A stretch of 64,000 bases of DNA, from NCBI GenBank assembly GCA_020638635.1, contig JACKIE010000003.1, positions 68,362 to 132,361 of the forward strand. The letters run 5' to 3'. The first letter of the stretch is position 1; each line of letters starts with the position of its first letter. The position numbers were made by a program, and so were the translations under genes. Source of the stretch: Planctomycetota bacterium. GTDB taxonomy: Bacteria > Planctomycetota > UBA8742 > UBA2392. Under the pieces are notes generated by a model. The model did not search any database. It saw nothing but the letters and a program-made list of their open reading frames with translations, and was not told where the DNA came from. Below, in pieces: positions 28,657 to 38,706 of this stretch.

Positions 28657-30309
28657 ATGAGGAGCCTGTCCATACTTGCCGCTATCGCGGCATCTGTGCT
28701 GCTGCTTACCGCGATCCCGCGAAGCGTCGAAGCCAAGGTCGATAAGGGTGAACAGCGCAGGCATTGGGGTGAGGCCGAGGGCTTCCTGAAACGCGACAAA
28801 GAAGCCGTGGATGAGCCCCTAGCCGCGTTGGAGAAGCTGAAGGGGCTGGTGGACCACGATCTGGCCCTGGCGATGCTGAAGTACTTTGATGAGTGCGATA
28901 TGGCATGGGACGCAGCCTCGGGCGACAAGAACGCGCCGAAAGAGGCCAAGGGCCGCCCCAAGTTCGCCTACAAGCTGTCCAACCAGATGCTCGAGAACAT
29001 CCGCGCGATGGATGATCCTGAGGAGTGCGCCAAGTTCGCGGCTGAGCTCAATGAAACAGAGGAGTACTCCCTGCGTCCGCGCATGGCGATGCTCGACGCC
29101 ATTGCATCCAACGCCAAGGATCCCGCCTGCCTCAAGGTACTCATGGACTATGCCACCAACGTGGGCGGCAAGCAGGACACCGACATGCGGGTGCTGGCGG
29201 TTCAGTATCTGGGCGAGCATGCCTCGGATCAGTCCGTGTTCAGCGCGCTGATGCAAGCCTTGCGCGATCCCAGTTGGCGCATACGCGACGCGGCGGTAAG
29301 CGCGCTGCTGGACGCGCCCAGCAACTATGCCGACCAGATCATCCTGGCACTGATCAATGCGCTGGCCCAAGAGACCGGAAAGATGCGCAAGACCCTGGCC
29401 GACGCCCTCAAGAAACTGACGGGCGAAAACCTGGGTACGGACCCGGATGCATGGATTGACTGGTTCAAGAACAAGAAGCGCGAAGAACAGGGTCTTCCCG
29501 CCAAGAGCGGCAAGGGCGACCGCGGCACCCGCGTTCGGGTATTCGAGACCGAGACCTTTTCGGACCGCTACGTGTTCCTGATCGACACCTCGGTCTCGAT
29601 GACCGAAAAGATCACGCCCGAAGAGAAAGAGCGCCTGCAGAAGTCGATCACCAGCGGACCCGGCGACGACAAGGACCCGCGCCGTCCTCTCGATTGGAGC
29701 AAGATCAACTGCAAGCTCGACCTCGCCCGCGAGGAGATGATTCGCAGTCTCGAAGTCATGAATCCGGAGCGCACAACCTTCACCGTGATCTCATTCGCTG
29801 AGAACGCCACCGTCTGGAAAGACGAGCTGGTGCCCACCAGCAAAGACAACGTCGAGGCCGTGGCCGACTGGCTGCGCTCCATCAAGGGCGCCAAGCGCAC
29901 CAACGTGTTCGGCGCGCTGGACGCGGCCTACGACCTGAGCGAGCGCCTGGCCGGCATCGACGTGGACAAACGCAAGAAGGAGAAGAAAAAGAAGAAGGGT
30001 GAGGAAGGCCCCATCACCGGCAAGTCGCCCGATGAGTCCCTTCCCGACACGATCTTCCTGTACACCGACGGTTATGCCACCTGGGGGAAGTACTCGGGTG
30101 AAGACGCGCTTTGGGCAGGCAAATCGAACGATGAAAAGGCCCAACTTTATGCGCCGATCATGACCCTGATGGTGCAAGAGATCAAAGATCGCAATCGCGT
30201 CGCGCGCATCACTTTGAACTGTGTGGGTGTGGGCCAGCGCCAGGACAACACAACCCTGGGCGCTCTGGCCAAAGCATGCGGCGGAAGATACGTCGCGATC
30301 GGCAAGTAG
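28657..30309 (+). CDS. Secreted HEAT-repeat / von Willebrand factor A domain protein
   Basis: Signal peptide MRSLSILAAIAASVLLLTAIPRSVEA. HEAT-like RVLAVQYLGEH...LRDPSWRIRDAAVSALL. MIDAS motif VFLIDTSVSM. Confidence 0.75.
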   Translation: MRSLSILAAIAASVLLLTAIPRSVEAKVDKGEQRRHWGEAEGFLKRDKEAVDEPLAALEKLKGLVDHDLALAMLKYFDECDMAWDAASGDKNAPKEAKGRPKFAYKLSNQMLENIRAMDDPEECAKFAAELNETEEYSLRPRMAMLDAIASNAKDPACLKVLMDYATNVGGKQDTDMRVLAVQYLGEHASDQSVFSALMQALRDPSWRIRDAAVSALLDAPSNYADQIILALINALAQETGKMRKTLADALKKLTGENLGTDPDAWIDWFKNKKREEQGLPAKSGKGDRGTRVRVFETETFSDRYVFLIDTSVSMTEKITPEEKERLQKSITSGPGDDKDPRRPLDWSKINCKLDLAREEMIRSLEVMNPERTTFTVISFAENATVWKDELVPTSKDNVEAVADWLRSIKGAKRTNVFGALDAAYDLSERLAGIDVDKRKKEKKKKKGEEGPITGKSPDESLPDTIFLYTDGYATWGKYSGEDALWAGKSNDEKAQLYAPIMTLMVQEIKDRNRVARITLNCVGVGQRQDNTTLGALAKACGGRYVAIGK

Positions 30310-30387
30310 TGATTGACGCTGGCACATCCGCAATGGAGGACGGCCCCGGCCGTCCTCTTCGCGTCTGCGGCGGAGTAGAATGATCGC

Positions 30388-30876
30388 ATGGACACCAGGC
30401 AGAAACGGCTGGTTCGCAACATCGTGTCCGGAGTGATCCTGCTCTGCCTGCTGCTGTTCGTGCTGGCCTACTGCGGGGTTTTCGAGGGCGCACAGTCCGA
30501 CGAAGCCCAGATCCGTGCGCTGCTCGAGCGCTCGCGTGATGAGATGAACGATCATGACTGGGACGACTTCTTCGACCTCTGCGACCTGACTGGCCCCGAG
30601 AAACGGGCATGGGAGGAAGCCGTGCCCCGCCAGGCCAACCTGGTGGTGATTGATGCGATCAACCCGCAGGAGATGATCAGCGTGCCGGCCGGCGCCGGCG
30701 AGTACGAGCTGAACGTCACGGTAATCGGTCATCTCGACGTGATGGGACGCAACGTACAGGGCGACGTCGCGCGCGGGACGCTCTATTTCGTGAAGAAGGA
30801 CGGGCGCTGGTACATCGACGTCAACCGCTCGGCCCCCACGTTTCCGTACGTGCCCAGGCCGAACCTGCCGAAGTGA
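30388..30876 (+). CDS. Membrane-anchored hypothetical protein
   Basis: N-terminal TM segment IVSGVILLCLLLFVLAYC followed by a small globular domain. I recognised no family. Confidence 0.5.
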   Translation: MDTRQKRLVRNIVSGVILLCLLLFVLAYCGVFEGAQSDEAQIRALLERSRDEMNDHDWDDFFDLCDLTGPEKRAWEEAVPRQANLVVIDAINPQEMISVPAGAGEYELNVTVIGHLDVMGRNVQGDVARGTLYFVKKDGRWYIDVNRSAPTFPYVPRPNLPK

Positions 30877-30881
30877 ATGTT

Positions 30882-32042
30882 TCAGCGCTGAACCACGGCG
30901 TCGCCCGCGTCACGCGTGGGCTGCTCGGCCATGGGTTGCAGCGTGGCTGTTTCCGGCTGGCGGATGGTGATCGGCAGCAGCGCCAGCGCCAGCGCAGCGC
31001 AGGCCATGCCTGCCTTCCAGAAGACGCTCGTCACCTGCGACTCGTGCCTGCCGCCGAACTGGTAGTGGTGGTGCAGCGGTGAGCAACGGAAGATGCGCTT
31101 GCCCTTGGTGGCCTTGAAGTACGCGACCTGCAGCATCACCGAGCCCGCCTCGGCCACGAACACGCCGCCGGCCACGGCCAGCACCAGCTCGAGCCGCCCC
31201 AGCACCGCGATGAAGCCCAGCAGCGCGCCCAGGCTCAGGCTGCCGGTGTCGCCCATGAACACCTTTGCGGGATGGCGGTTCCAGAACAGGAAACCCAGCA
31301 GCGCGCCAGAGGCGCTGACGCCCAGCACGGCGCAGCTCCAGGCCAGGCTGGGGTCCGTGCCGCCGAATATCGCCAGCAGGGCGGCTGCACCACCCAGCGC
31401 ATAGAAGGCGATCGCCCCTGTGCCGCCCGCCAGGCCGTCGAGACCGTCTGTCAGGTTGTAGGCGTTGCTGGCCCCCACCACCACGAACACGCCCAGTGGC
31501 ACCATCAGCACTCCTAGCGGCAGCTCGGCGAAAGGCAGCAGCAGCTTCGCGTTCGCGTCCCCCACCAGCAGGTACGCGGCCGTGCAAGCCAGGGTGGCGA
31601 TCAGCGTCTGGGCAGCGAGTTTCTTCTTGCCCGAAATACCGTCCTTGCCGCGCCTGGTGAGCTTGCAGTAGTCGTCCCACAGGCCCAGCCCGGCATGCGC
31701 CAGCACGGCAAAGCTCGCGGCGCCCAGGGCGGACCACACTCGCATGGGCTCAGCGCCCGCTTGTGTAAGGGCCCCGCCGCCAACTACAGCCGTCATCAGC
31801 ATAGCCGGCACCAGGAAAGCGCCGCCCATGGTGGGAGTATTTTTTTTGTCGGCGTGCAGCATGTTCAAGTAGTCGCTGGCCTTGCGCTGCTCGCCGTCGT
31901 TCAGCTTGCGGCGCACCAGCCAGGGGATCAGCAGGCGCCCGGCGCCGGCGCTGAGCAGCGCGGCGGCAACGAACAGACAGGCCGCGCCCGTGATCACGGT
32001 TGCGGCGAAGGACCAGCTCAGCTCAGGGTGTGCGAGGTTCAT
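30882..32042 (-). CDS. mraY: Phospho-N-acetylmuramoyl-pentapeptide transferase
   Basis: NAYNLTDGLDGLA, multiple TM helices, and HHHYQF near the C-terminus. Trimmed to ATG 32042, 5 nt after the murF stop. Confidence 0.92.
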   Translation of the reverse strand: MNLAHPELSWSFAATVITGAACLFVAAALLSAGAGRLLIPWLVRRKLNDGEQRKASDYLNMLHADKKNTPTMGGAFLVPAMLMTAVVGGGALTQAGAEPMRVWSALGAASFAVLAHAGLGLWDDYCKLTRRGKDGISGKKKLAAQTLIATLACTAAYLLVGDANAKLLLPFAELPLGVLMVPLGVFVVVGASNAYNLTDGLDGLAGGTGAIAFYALGGAAALLAIFGGTDPSLAWSCAVLGVSASGALLGFLFWNRHPAKVFMGDTGSLSLGALLGFIAVLGRLELVLAVAGGVFVAEAGSVMLQVAYFKATKGKRIFRCSPLHHHYQFGGRHESQVTSVFWKAGMACAALALALLPITIRQPETATLQPMAEQPTRDAGDAVVQR

Positions 32043-32047
32043 GGTGT

Positions 32048-33568
32048 TCAAGCCGCCGCGGGTTTGCGTTTGCTTTCCAGCCGCTCGGGCAGCGGGTCGC
32101 CGACCGGTCGCTCGCGCAGTGTGGGCTTCAGCGGCAAGGGCTGCTCGCCCTCGTAGCGCCTGCGGAAGGCCTCCACGATGCGATTCATCTTCATGCCGTT
32201 GCTGCCCTTCACCAGCAGCAGGTCGCCGCGCCGGCATTCCTCCAGCAGGTGTGCGGCCGCCTGTTCCGAGGTATCGAAGCGCCACACGCTGCCGTGGCCC
32301 GCTTCGTAAAAGTGCTCGTCGAAGATGTCGGCCAGGGCACGCATCTCGGCCCCGACAGCCACCACCAGGTCCAGCGGCTGGGTGGTACCCAGCCAGGCGA
32401 CTTCGCGATGCAACCGGGCCGAAGCTTCACCCAGTTCCAGCATGTCGCCCAGCACGGCGATGCGCTGGCCCTGGCAGGGGAAGCCGCCCAGGGTCTGCAG
32501 CGCGGCGCAGGTGCTGGCGGGGTTGGCGTTGTAGGAGTCATCCAGGATGCCCACGCCCGCGTACTCGCGGTACTCCAGGCGCCGGCCCACAGGCTCAATG
32601 GTGCGCAGGGCAAGCTGCATGTCGCGGATGTCCACGCCGCTGACCCAGCCCACCGCAATGGCGGCCAGGGCGTTCAGCACGTTGTGACGGCCGTGCAGGG
32701 GTAAGCGGAACTCGTGGCGCCCGTTCAGCAGGAAGTGTGTCCCGAACTTGTTGCTGCGCACGTCGTCGGCGCGCAGCTCACAGCGGGCGTCGGTGCCGTA
32801 GCCGACCACGCGGCAGTTGGCGCGCTCGGCCGCTTTCACGCAGCGCGGGTCGTCGAAGTTCACGATGGCGATGCCGTCGTGAGGCAGGGCGGCCAGCAGT
32901 TCCGACTTCTCGGCAATCACGCCTTCAAGGCTGCCCAGGCCGCTGAGGTGGCTCTCGCTGATGCTGGTCAGCACGCCGCAGTTGGGGCGGGCGATGCGGG
33001 CGAGCTCGGCGATCTCGCCGGGCTCTGAGGTTCCCATTTCGATTACCGCGAACTCGTGGCGGTCCGACAGGCGCAGCAGGGTCTGCGGCACCCCGACGCG
33101 GTTGTTCTCGTTGGCGCTGTTCTGCAGCACCGTGAAGTTGCGTTTCAGTATCGCGCTTGCCATCTCGCGTGTTGTGGTCTTGCCGTTGCTGCCGGTAATG
33201 CCCACCAGGCAGGCGCGCTGCAGGTCGCGGTAGGCGCGCGCCAGGCGGCCCAGCGCCTTGAGGGCGTCCGGCACCAGGATGGTCGGCACCGCGGGCGTGA
33301 AATTCTCCGGCACGCGCTGGGTCACGATGCAGCGGGCGCCGCGCGCCTGGGCATCGGCCAGGTAGTCGCTGCCGTCGAAGCGCTCGCCGCGCAGGGCCAC
33401 GAAAACGTCTCCGGGCAGGATGGTGCGGGTGTCGGTGCACACGGCGCCGAAGGTGACCGGCAGCGCACGCGAGCTGTCGTCGGCCTCGCGCCCGTCCGCA
33501 TCGTCGGGCCTGCGGGCCCATTCACCGCCCACGGCCAAACGGACATCCAGGACGGTCATGTTGTGCAT
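32048..33568 (-). CDS. murF: UDP-N-acetylmuramoyl-tripeptide--D-alanyl-D-alanine ligase
   Basis: VGITGSNGKTTTREM P-loop, Mur ligase central and C-terminal domains, and its position between murE and mraY. Confidence 0.9.
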   Translation of the reverse strand: MHNMTVLDVRLAVGGEWARRPDDADGREADDSSRALPVTFGAVCTDTRTILPGDVFVALRGERFDGSDYLADAQARGARCIVTQRVPENFTPAVPTILVPDALKALGRLARAYRDLQRACLVGITGSNGKTTTREMASAILKRNFTVLQNSANENNRVGVPQTLLRLSDRHEFAVIEMGTSEPGEIAELARIARPNCGVLTSISESHLSGLGSLEGVIAEKSELLAALPHDGIAIVNFDDPRCVKAAERANCRVVGYGTDARCELRADDVRSNKFGTHFLLNGRHEFRLPLHGRHNVLNALAAIAVGWVSGVDIRDMQLALRTIEPVGRRLEYREYAGVGILDDSYNANPASTCAALQTLGGFPCQGQRIAVLGDMLELGEASARLHREVAWLGTTQPLDLVVAVGAEMRALADIFDEHFYEAGHGSVWRFDTSEQAAAHLLEECRRGDLLLVKGSNGMKMNRIVEAFRRRYEGEQPLPLKPTLRERPVGDPLPERLESKRKPAAA

Positions 33569-33582
33569 GGTGCGGTTCCGGT

Positions 33583-35100
33583 TCAGGTTGCAGCGAGTGC
33601 GCGTCGGCCGCTTCCGGCGACGCCCCAGTAATGCTGGAGGGCATTCCGGGCTTCCTCTTTGTCGTCAAAATGCACCGTGCGATCTGAGAAAATCTGGTAG
33701 TCCTCGTGTCCCTTGCCCACGATCACCACGACGTCCTCGGGCGCGGCCTGGGCAATCGCGTTTCGGATCGCCTCGCGCCGGTCCACGTACACCTCGGCGG
33801 GCAGCTTCTGGGGCGGGAAGCCAGCGAGGATTTCGTTGATGATCGCCTCGGGCTTTTCGCTGCGCGGGTTGTCGCTGGTAACGATCGCACGGTCCGCAAG
33901 TTCGGCCCCGATCGCGCCCATCTTCGGACGCTTGGTGCGGTCGCGGTCGCCGCCGCAGCCGAACACGCACACCAGCTTGCGCCCTTCGCACACCTGGCGC
34001 AGGGTGCTCAGCACGTTCTGCATCGCGTCGGGAGTGTGGGCGTAGTCCACGAACACCGTGGGCGCGGGTTGCTCGAAGTTGACGCGCTCCAGCCGGCCGG
34101 GAGCGCCTTTGAAGTCCATCACGGCCGCGCGGATGCTCTGCAGGGGCAGGTCCAGCGCCAGGCTCATGGTGATCACCCCTGCCAGGTTCTGCACGTTGTA
34201 ACGGCCGGTCATGGGGCTGGTGAACAGTGAGCCTCGGCTGAGCCAGCGCATGCCGAAGGACATGCCTTGCACGCCCAGCTTGATCTGCTCGACGTCCACG
34301 TCGGCTTCCGGGTGCTCGCCGACCGTGAAGCACACGCCGCGCGAACGCTCGGCCATGCGGGCGCCGTGGGCGTCATCCAGGTTGACCACGCCGACGCCGT
34401 GCACCGGGTGCAGCAATTCGAACAGCCGGGCCTTGGCGTTGAAGTAGTGGTCGAAGTCGCCGTGATAGTCCAGGTGGTCGCGGGTCAGGTTGGTGAAGAT
34501 GGCGCCCTTGAAGTTGACGCCCGCCACGCGGTGCTGGTCGAGGGCGTGGCTGCTGACTTCCATCACGCAGGCCTCCTGCCCGCGTGCGCGCATTTCGGCA
34601 AGCAGCTTGTGGACCTCAAGGCTGCTGGGCGTGGTCAGCTTGGCCGTGCGGCGCTCGGTGCCCACGATGTTCCAGACCGTGCCCATCAGGCCGCAGCGGA
34701 TGCCGCAGCGCTCAAAGATTTCGCGCAGCAGGAAGGCGCTGGTGGTCTTGCCGTTGGTGCCCGTGATACCGACGACTTTCATGTGCTTCGAGGGCTGGCC
34801 GTACAGCAGGCTGGCCAGGTGGCCCAGGGTGCGGCGCGGGTTGTCGCTGACGATCTGCGGCACCAGCTTGAATTCCTTGAGCGGCCGACCGACCAGCAGC
34901 GCGGCGGCGCCGCGGTTGAGGGCGTCGCGGACGTACTGGGTGCCGTCGGCTTTGGTGCCGGGCAGGGCGGCGAACAGGTTGCCGGGCATCACGGCGCGGC
35001 TGTCCTCGGTCACGCCGGTGATGCGCAAACGCTGGTCATGCAGAACCCAGATGGAGGGATCAAGCTGTTTCAGAGCACGGGAGAGAGACTGGAAGCGCAT
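33583..35100 (-). CDS. murE: UDP-N-acetylmuramoyl-L-alanyl-D-glutamate--2,6-diaminopimelate ligase
   Basis: VGITGTNGKTTSAFLL, DYAHTPDA, and TSDNPRSE (DNPR motif). Confidence 0.92.
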   Translation of the reverse strand: MRFQSLSRALKQLDPSIWVLHDQRLRITGVTEDSRAVMPGNLFAALPGTKADGTQYVRDALNRGAAALLVGRPLKEFKLVPQIVSDNPRRTLGHLASLLYGQPSKHMKVVGITGTNGKTTSAFLLREIFERCGIRCGLMGTVWNIVGTERRTAKLTTPSSLEVHKLLAEMRARGQEACVMEVSSHALDQHRVAGVNFKGAIFTNLTRDHLDYHGDFDHYFNAKARLFELLHPVHGVGVVNLDDAHGARMAERSRGVCFTVGEHPEADVDVEQIKLGVQGMSFGMRWLSRGSLFTSPMTGRYNVQNLAGVITMSLALDLPLQSIRAAVMDFKGAPGRLERVNFEQPAPTVFVDYAHTPDAMQNVLSTLRQVCEGRKLVCVFGCGGDRDRTKRPKMGAIGAELADRAIVTSDNPRSEKPEAIINEILAGFPPQKLPAEVYVDRREAIRNAIAQAAPEDVVVIVGKGHEDYQIFSDRTVHFDDKEEARNALQHYWGVAGSGRRALAAT

Positions 35101-35101
35101 A

Positions 35102-36967
35102 TCATTCCTTGCTGGCGGAGTCGTCAGGGAGAGCAGGTGCGTCCTCGGGCACGCCGAGCTGCTTGAGTGAGCGCAGCACGATGCGCGACATGGTGGGCGC
35201 CGCGACCGTGCCGCCGTAGTGGCGGATCGCCCAGCCGTATCGATTCAGCACCTTGGCGTGCGCCTCGTTCACAACCACGATCACGCTGATCACCGGGTTA
35301 TCCGCCGGCGCGTAGCCCACGAAGCTGCAGATCTTGTCGTTGCTGTACTGGCCCATCTTCACCTTGTGGGCCGTGCCGGTCTTGCCGGCGATGGCGTACT
35401 GGTCGATGTGCGCCGAGGTCGCGGTGCCGTCCTCCACCACGCCCTTCAGCGTCTCGTTCATCAACTTCCGCGTGACTTCCTCGGACAGCCCGCTTTCCAC
35501 CAGCACCTCCGGCTTGCCCTCATACAGAGTCTTTCCGTCCGTGCCGGTCACACGGCCGATCACCCAGGGCTTGTAGACGTGGCCGCCGTTTGCGATGGCG
35601 TTGAAGCAGTTCAGCATCTGCATGGGCGTAACCTGCACTTCGTAACCGATGCTGATGCTGGGGATCGAGTTGGGCACGCTCCACGTATCGAGCGGTCGTA
35701 CCACGCCCGCGCTTTCGCCGAAACGCGGACCGCCCAGGTCAAAGCCCGTGCGGCGCCCGAAGCCAAATCCGGTGATTGAGTTGTAAAGGTTCTCGCAGCC
35801 CAGCAGCAGACCAATGCGCGTCATCACGGTGTTGCTGCTGCTGATCAGGCCGCGGTTGACTGTTACGTAGTAGCGACCGTTCTGCTCGATGAAGTACTCG
35901 TTCGGGATTTCGTGGCCGCGGTCGCTGACCAGTTTCTTGCGGCCGGGCACCTGCAGTTCGGGGGTGTACTCGACCAGGCTGTCGGGGCTGAGCAGACCCT
36001 TCTGGTATGCGCTGCAGACGATCAACGGCTTGAACATCGAGCCCGGCTCGAAGGGGTCGGTGATAGCGATGTTCTTGCGCGCGGCGGCATCGCTGCCGGG
36101 CTCGCGCGGGTCGAAATTCGGGAAGTTGGACAGGCCCAGGATCGCGCCGGTGTTGGTCTCCATTACGATGATCGAGACGGTGACCGGGTCCCACTGGTCC
36201 ACCAGGGTGCGCAACTCGTCCTCAACGATGGCCTGGATGCCGGAGTTGAGCGTGAGGTGTACGTCCGCGCCGTCGCGCGCCGCGGTGATGCGGTCGTCCA
36301 CGTTCTCGATCGGACGGCCCAGCGCATCCACGGTGATCACACGCTTGCCGGGCTGCGCGGCGAGGTAGGCCTCCAGGGCGCGCTCCACGCCTTCCTGGCC
36401 GTACATGTCGCGGCCGACAAATCCGACGATGTGCGAGGCGTAGTTCCCGAGGGGGTACTCGCGGGTCTCAATCGAGCGCAACTCAACGCCCGGCAAATCG
36501 CCCAGGCGACTGAGGCGCTGGGCTTCCTGGGCGACGTCGGGGCTGACTTCGCGCTCGATGCAGTAATAGAACTTGTCGCGCCGGTCATACAGTTCGCGCT
36601 CGAGTTCGCGCGCGTACTCGGCGTCGCGGCCCAGCAGGCCAGCCAGGGTGTTGGCCAGCTCGATACGTCGGTCGCCGGGTATCGCACGCGGGTTAACAAT
36701 AAGGGAAGCGCCCGAGAAGGTTGTCTGCGCAAGGCAGACTCCGTCCTCGGTGAAAATGCTGCCGCGGGTGCCGGGCAGTGTCACCGTGCGCGTCGAGTTG
36801 GCGTTGCGCTGGGCGATGTAGTCGTCGTGGTGCCACACCTGCAGGCTGAACAGCCGGCCGGCAAGACCAAAGAAGACCACCACCATGGCGCCAAGCACCC
36901 AGCGGCCGGCAAGCCGCGGCGAAGTGGCCCGGCCGTTTTCCCGGAACATCCAGAACAGCAGCTTCAT
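35102..36967 (-). CDS. ftsI: Penicillin-binding protein (class B transpeptidase, FtsI/PBP2-like)
   Basis: N-terminal TM segment. SxxK (GSMFKP), SxN (SSSN) and KTG (GKTGTA) motifs. Confidence 0.9.
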   Translation of the reverse strand: MKLLFWMFRENGRATSPRLAGRWVLGAMVVVFFGLAGRLFSLQVWHHDDYIAQRNANSTRTVTLPGTRGSIFTEDGVCLAQTTFSGASLIVNPRAIPGDRRIELANTLAGLLGRDAEYARELERELYDRRDKFYYCIEREVSPDVAQEAQRLSRLGDLPGVELRSIETREYPLGNYASHIVGFVGRDMYGQEGVERALEAYLAAQPGKRVITVDALGRPIENVDDRITAARDGADVHLTLNSGIQAIVEDELRTLVDQWDPVTVSIIVMETNTGAILGLSNFPNFDPREPGSDAAARKNIAITDPFEPGSMFKPLIVCSAYQKGLLSPDSLVEYTPELQVPGRKKLVSDRGHEIPNEYFIEQNGRYYVTVNRGLISSSNTVMTRIGLLLGCENLYNSITGFGFGRRTGFDLGGPRFGESAGVVRPLDTWSVPNSIPSISIGYEVQVTPMQMLNCFNAIANGGHVYKPWVIGRVTGTDGKTLYEGKPEVLVESGLSEEVTRKLMNETLKGVVEDGTATSAHIDQYAIAGKTGTAHKVKMGQYSNDKICSFVGYAPADNPVISVIVVVNEAHAKVLNRYGWAIRHYGGTVAAPTMSRIVLRSLKQLGVPEDAPALPDDSASKE

Positions 36968-37260
36968 GCGCCTTCCTTCTGTTCGGGTTCCTTTTTCTTG
37001 CCGGGCAAGGGCTTGATCTCGCCCTCCGGTGGAAGCAGCGGCAGTCCGGCTTCGCGTGCCTCGCGGATCATGCGGGCGGGGTCGCGCTTGCGGGCGAGGT
37101 CGGCGTTGAGCACGCGCTTGCGTTCTTCCAGGTCGCGCAGCTCGCGGTCGTACTGGGCCGCTTCAAAGCCCACGCTGCGGATCTTCAGGCGCTGGCCCAC
37201 GATCACGGCCGAGAGGGCGACACAGAAGATCAGGAAAATGATGCCGGTCTTGACGTTCAT
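36964..37260 (-). CDS. ftsL: FtsL-like cell division protein
   Basis: 98 aa with a TM segment (GIIFLIFCVALSAVIV) and a short coiled coil. Sits between rsmH and ftsI and overlaps ftsI by 4 nt. Confidence 0.6.
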   Translation of the reverse strand: MNVKTGIIFLIFCVALSAVIVGQRLKIRSVGFEAAQYDRELRDLEERKRVLNADLARKRDPARMIREAREAGLPLLPPEGEIKPLPGKKKEPEQKEGA

Positions 37261-37278
37261 GGAATGGCTCGCGTTGGC

Positions 37279-38232
37279 TTACTTCCGCCGATGCTTCTTG
37301 CTGCGGTACTTGTCCGCGCCTTCATCCGGCGCCTGCTTTCCCCATGCGAACGTCCGCAGCTTGGCGCTGCGGGCGCGGGGGTTGGCGGCGCGCTCCGATT
37401 CATCGGCGGTTATCAGCTCGGGCTTGAGGATTCTCCCCTGCGCGCTGCGCTGCCATTCGCGGAAGGTCTGCTTGACGATGCGGTCTTCCAGAGAGTGAAA
37501 GCTGATCACGGCGACAACGCCGCCAGGCGCCATGCCGGCGGGCACAGACGCCAGCGCGCGCTCGAGTTCGCCGAGTTCGTCGTTCACGTGGATGCGCAGG
37601 GCCTGGAAGGTGCGTGTGGCGGGGTCGATGCGCTGCGGGCCGGAAGGGTAGGCGCGCCGGCAGATTTCCGCGAGGTCAACGGTTGTGCTCAACCGGCCCT
37701 CTTCGATCGCGCGTTTGATCTGGCGGGCGATGCGGCGCGAGTGTCGCTCTTCGCCGTACCGCCAGATCACACGCGCGATTTCATCTTCCGGCGCGCCCTG
37801 CAGGAATTCGAGGGCGGATGGACCCCCGCCAGGGTCCATCCGCATGTCCACAGGTCCCGCTTCGCGAAAACTGAAACCGCGCTCAGGTCTGTCCAGCTGC
37901 ATGCTGGACACGCCAAGGTCTAGTAACAGACCGTCTGCGTGCTCCAGACCCACGGCGCGGAGCTGTTCAAGCCACTCTCCGAACCGACCGTGCCTGACAA
38001 CCGCACGTCCTCCGTATCCTGCAAGACGCTCAGTTGCATGTGCCACCGCCGTCGGGTCACGGTCGAGGCCGATGATTCGCAGCCCCGCATGCCCATCGAG
38101 GATCGCGGCACTGTGTCCACCGAAGCCGCAGGTACCGTCCACGACAACCGCGCCGTCTCTGAGGCCGGCAAAGGCCTCGACAACCGCTGCGACAAGGACG
38201 GGAACGTGTTCGGCCACGGGGTGCTCACGCAA
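37279..38232 (-). CDS. rsmH: 16S rRNA (cytosine1402-N4)-methyltransferase
   Basis: HVPVLV, DGTCGFGGHSAAIL, ISFHSLEDRIVK. The start is uncertain (TTG 38232 or GTG 38217). Confidence 0.9.
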   Translation of the reverse strand: MREHPVAEHVPVLVAAVVEAFAGLRDGAVVVDGTCGFGGHSAAILDGHAGLRIIGLDRDPTAVAHATERLAGYGGRAVVRHGRFGEWLEQLRAVGLEHADGLLLDLGVSSMQLDRPERGFSFREAGPVDMRMDPGGGPSALEFLQGAPEDEIARVIWRYGEERHSRRIARQIKRAIEEGRLSTTVDLAEICRRAYPSGPQRIDPATRTFQALRIHVNDELGELERALASVPAGMAPGGVVAVISFHSLEDRIVKQTFREWQRSAQGRILKPELITADESERAANPRARSAKLRTFAWGKQAPDEGADKYRSKKHRRK

Positions 38233-38479
38233 CCTCCGCCAGCCGCGCGCTCTCGTGCTTGTCGGCTACGTTGATCATGCGCATCACGTAGGGGCTGAAC
38301 TCGATGCCGGGGCTCAGCTCCTGAACGCGAGTCAGCAACTTCTTCACGCGCTGGAGTTCCGGCAGGCGGTCGCTGACCTTGCTCTCAAAGTCGTCGTCCT
38401 TGCCGTGCTCCAACAACTCCTGCACCGCCTTCAGGCCGTGCGGATCGTCTTCCTGCCGCGTGTTCGGAACGATGTGCAT
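38225..38479 (-). CDS. Small acidic helical hypothetical protein between mraZ and rsmH
   Basis: 84 aa. ATG 38479 is preceded by GGGGGGAG. I recognised no family. Confidence 0.4.
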   Translation of the reverse strand: MHIVPNTRQEDDPHGLKAVQELLEHGKDDDFESKVSDRLPELQRVKKLLTRVQELSPGIEFSPYVMRMINVADKHESARLAEVA

Positions 38480-38706
38480 GTGCTCCCCCCTTCCGGAGAT
38501 TCTTCAGGCACAGGGCGACCAGTGACGTGTTCACCACGCCGCCCATGCCGGAGATCGGTTACGCCGCTCACGCGGCAACAACTGTTGAAGTGACGCCCCC
38601 GCGCCGGACGTCTGGCGACTGGCTGTTTCGCGGCCAGTGAGCGCCAGGCGGGTTTCCCTCATCCTGGGGCGCTTGCGCGCCGGGCCCGGCTTTTGCCGGC
38701 AGCACG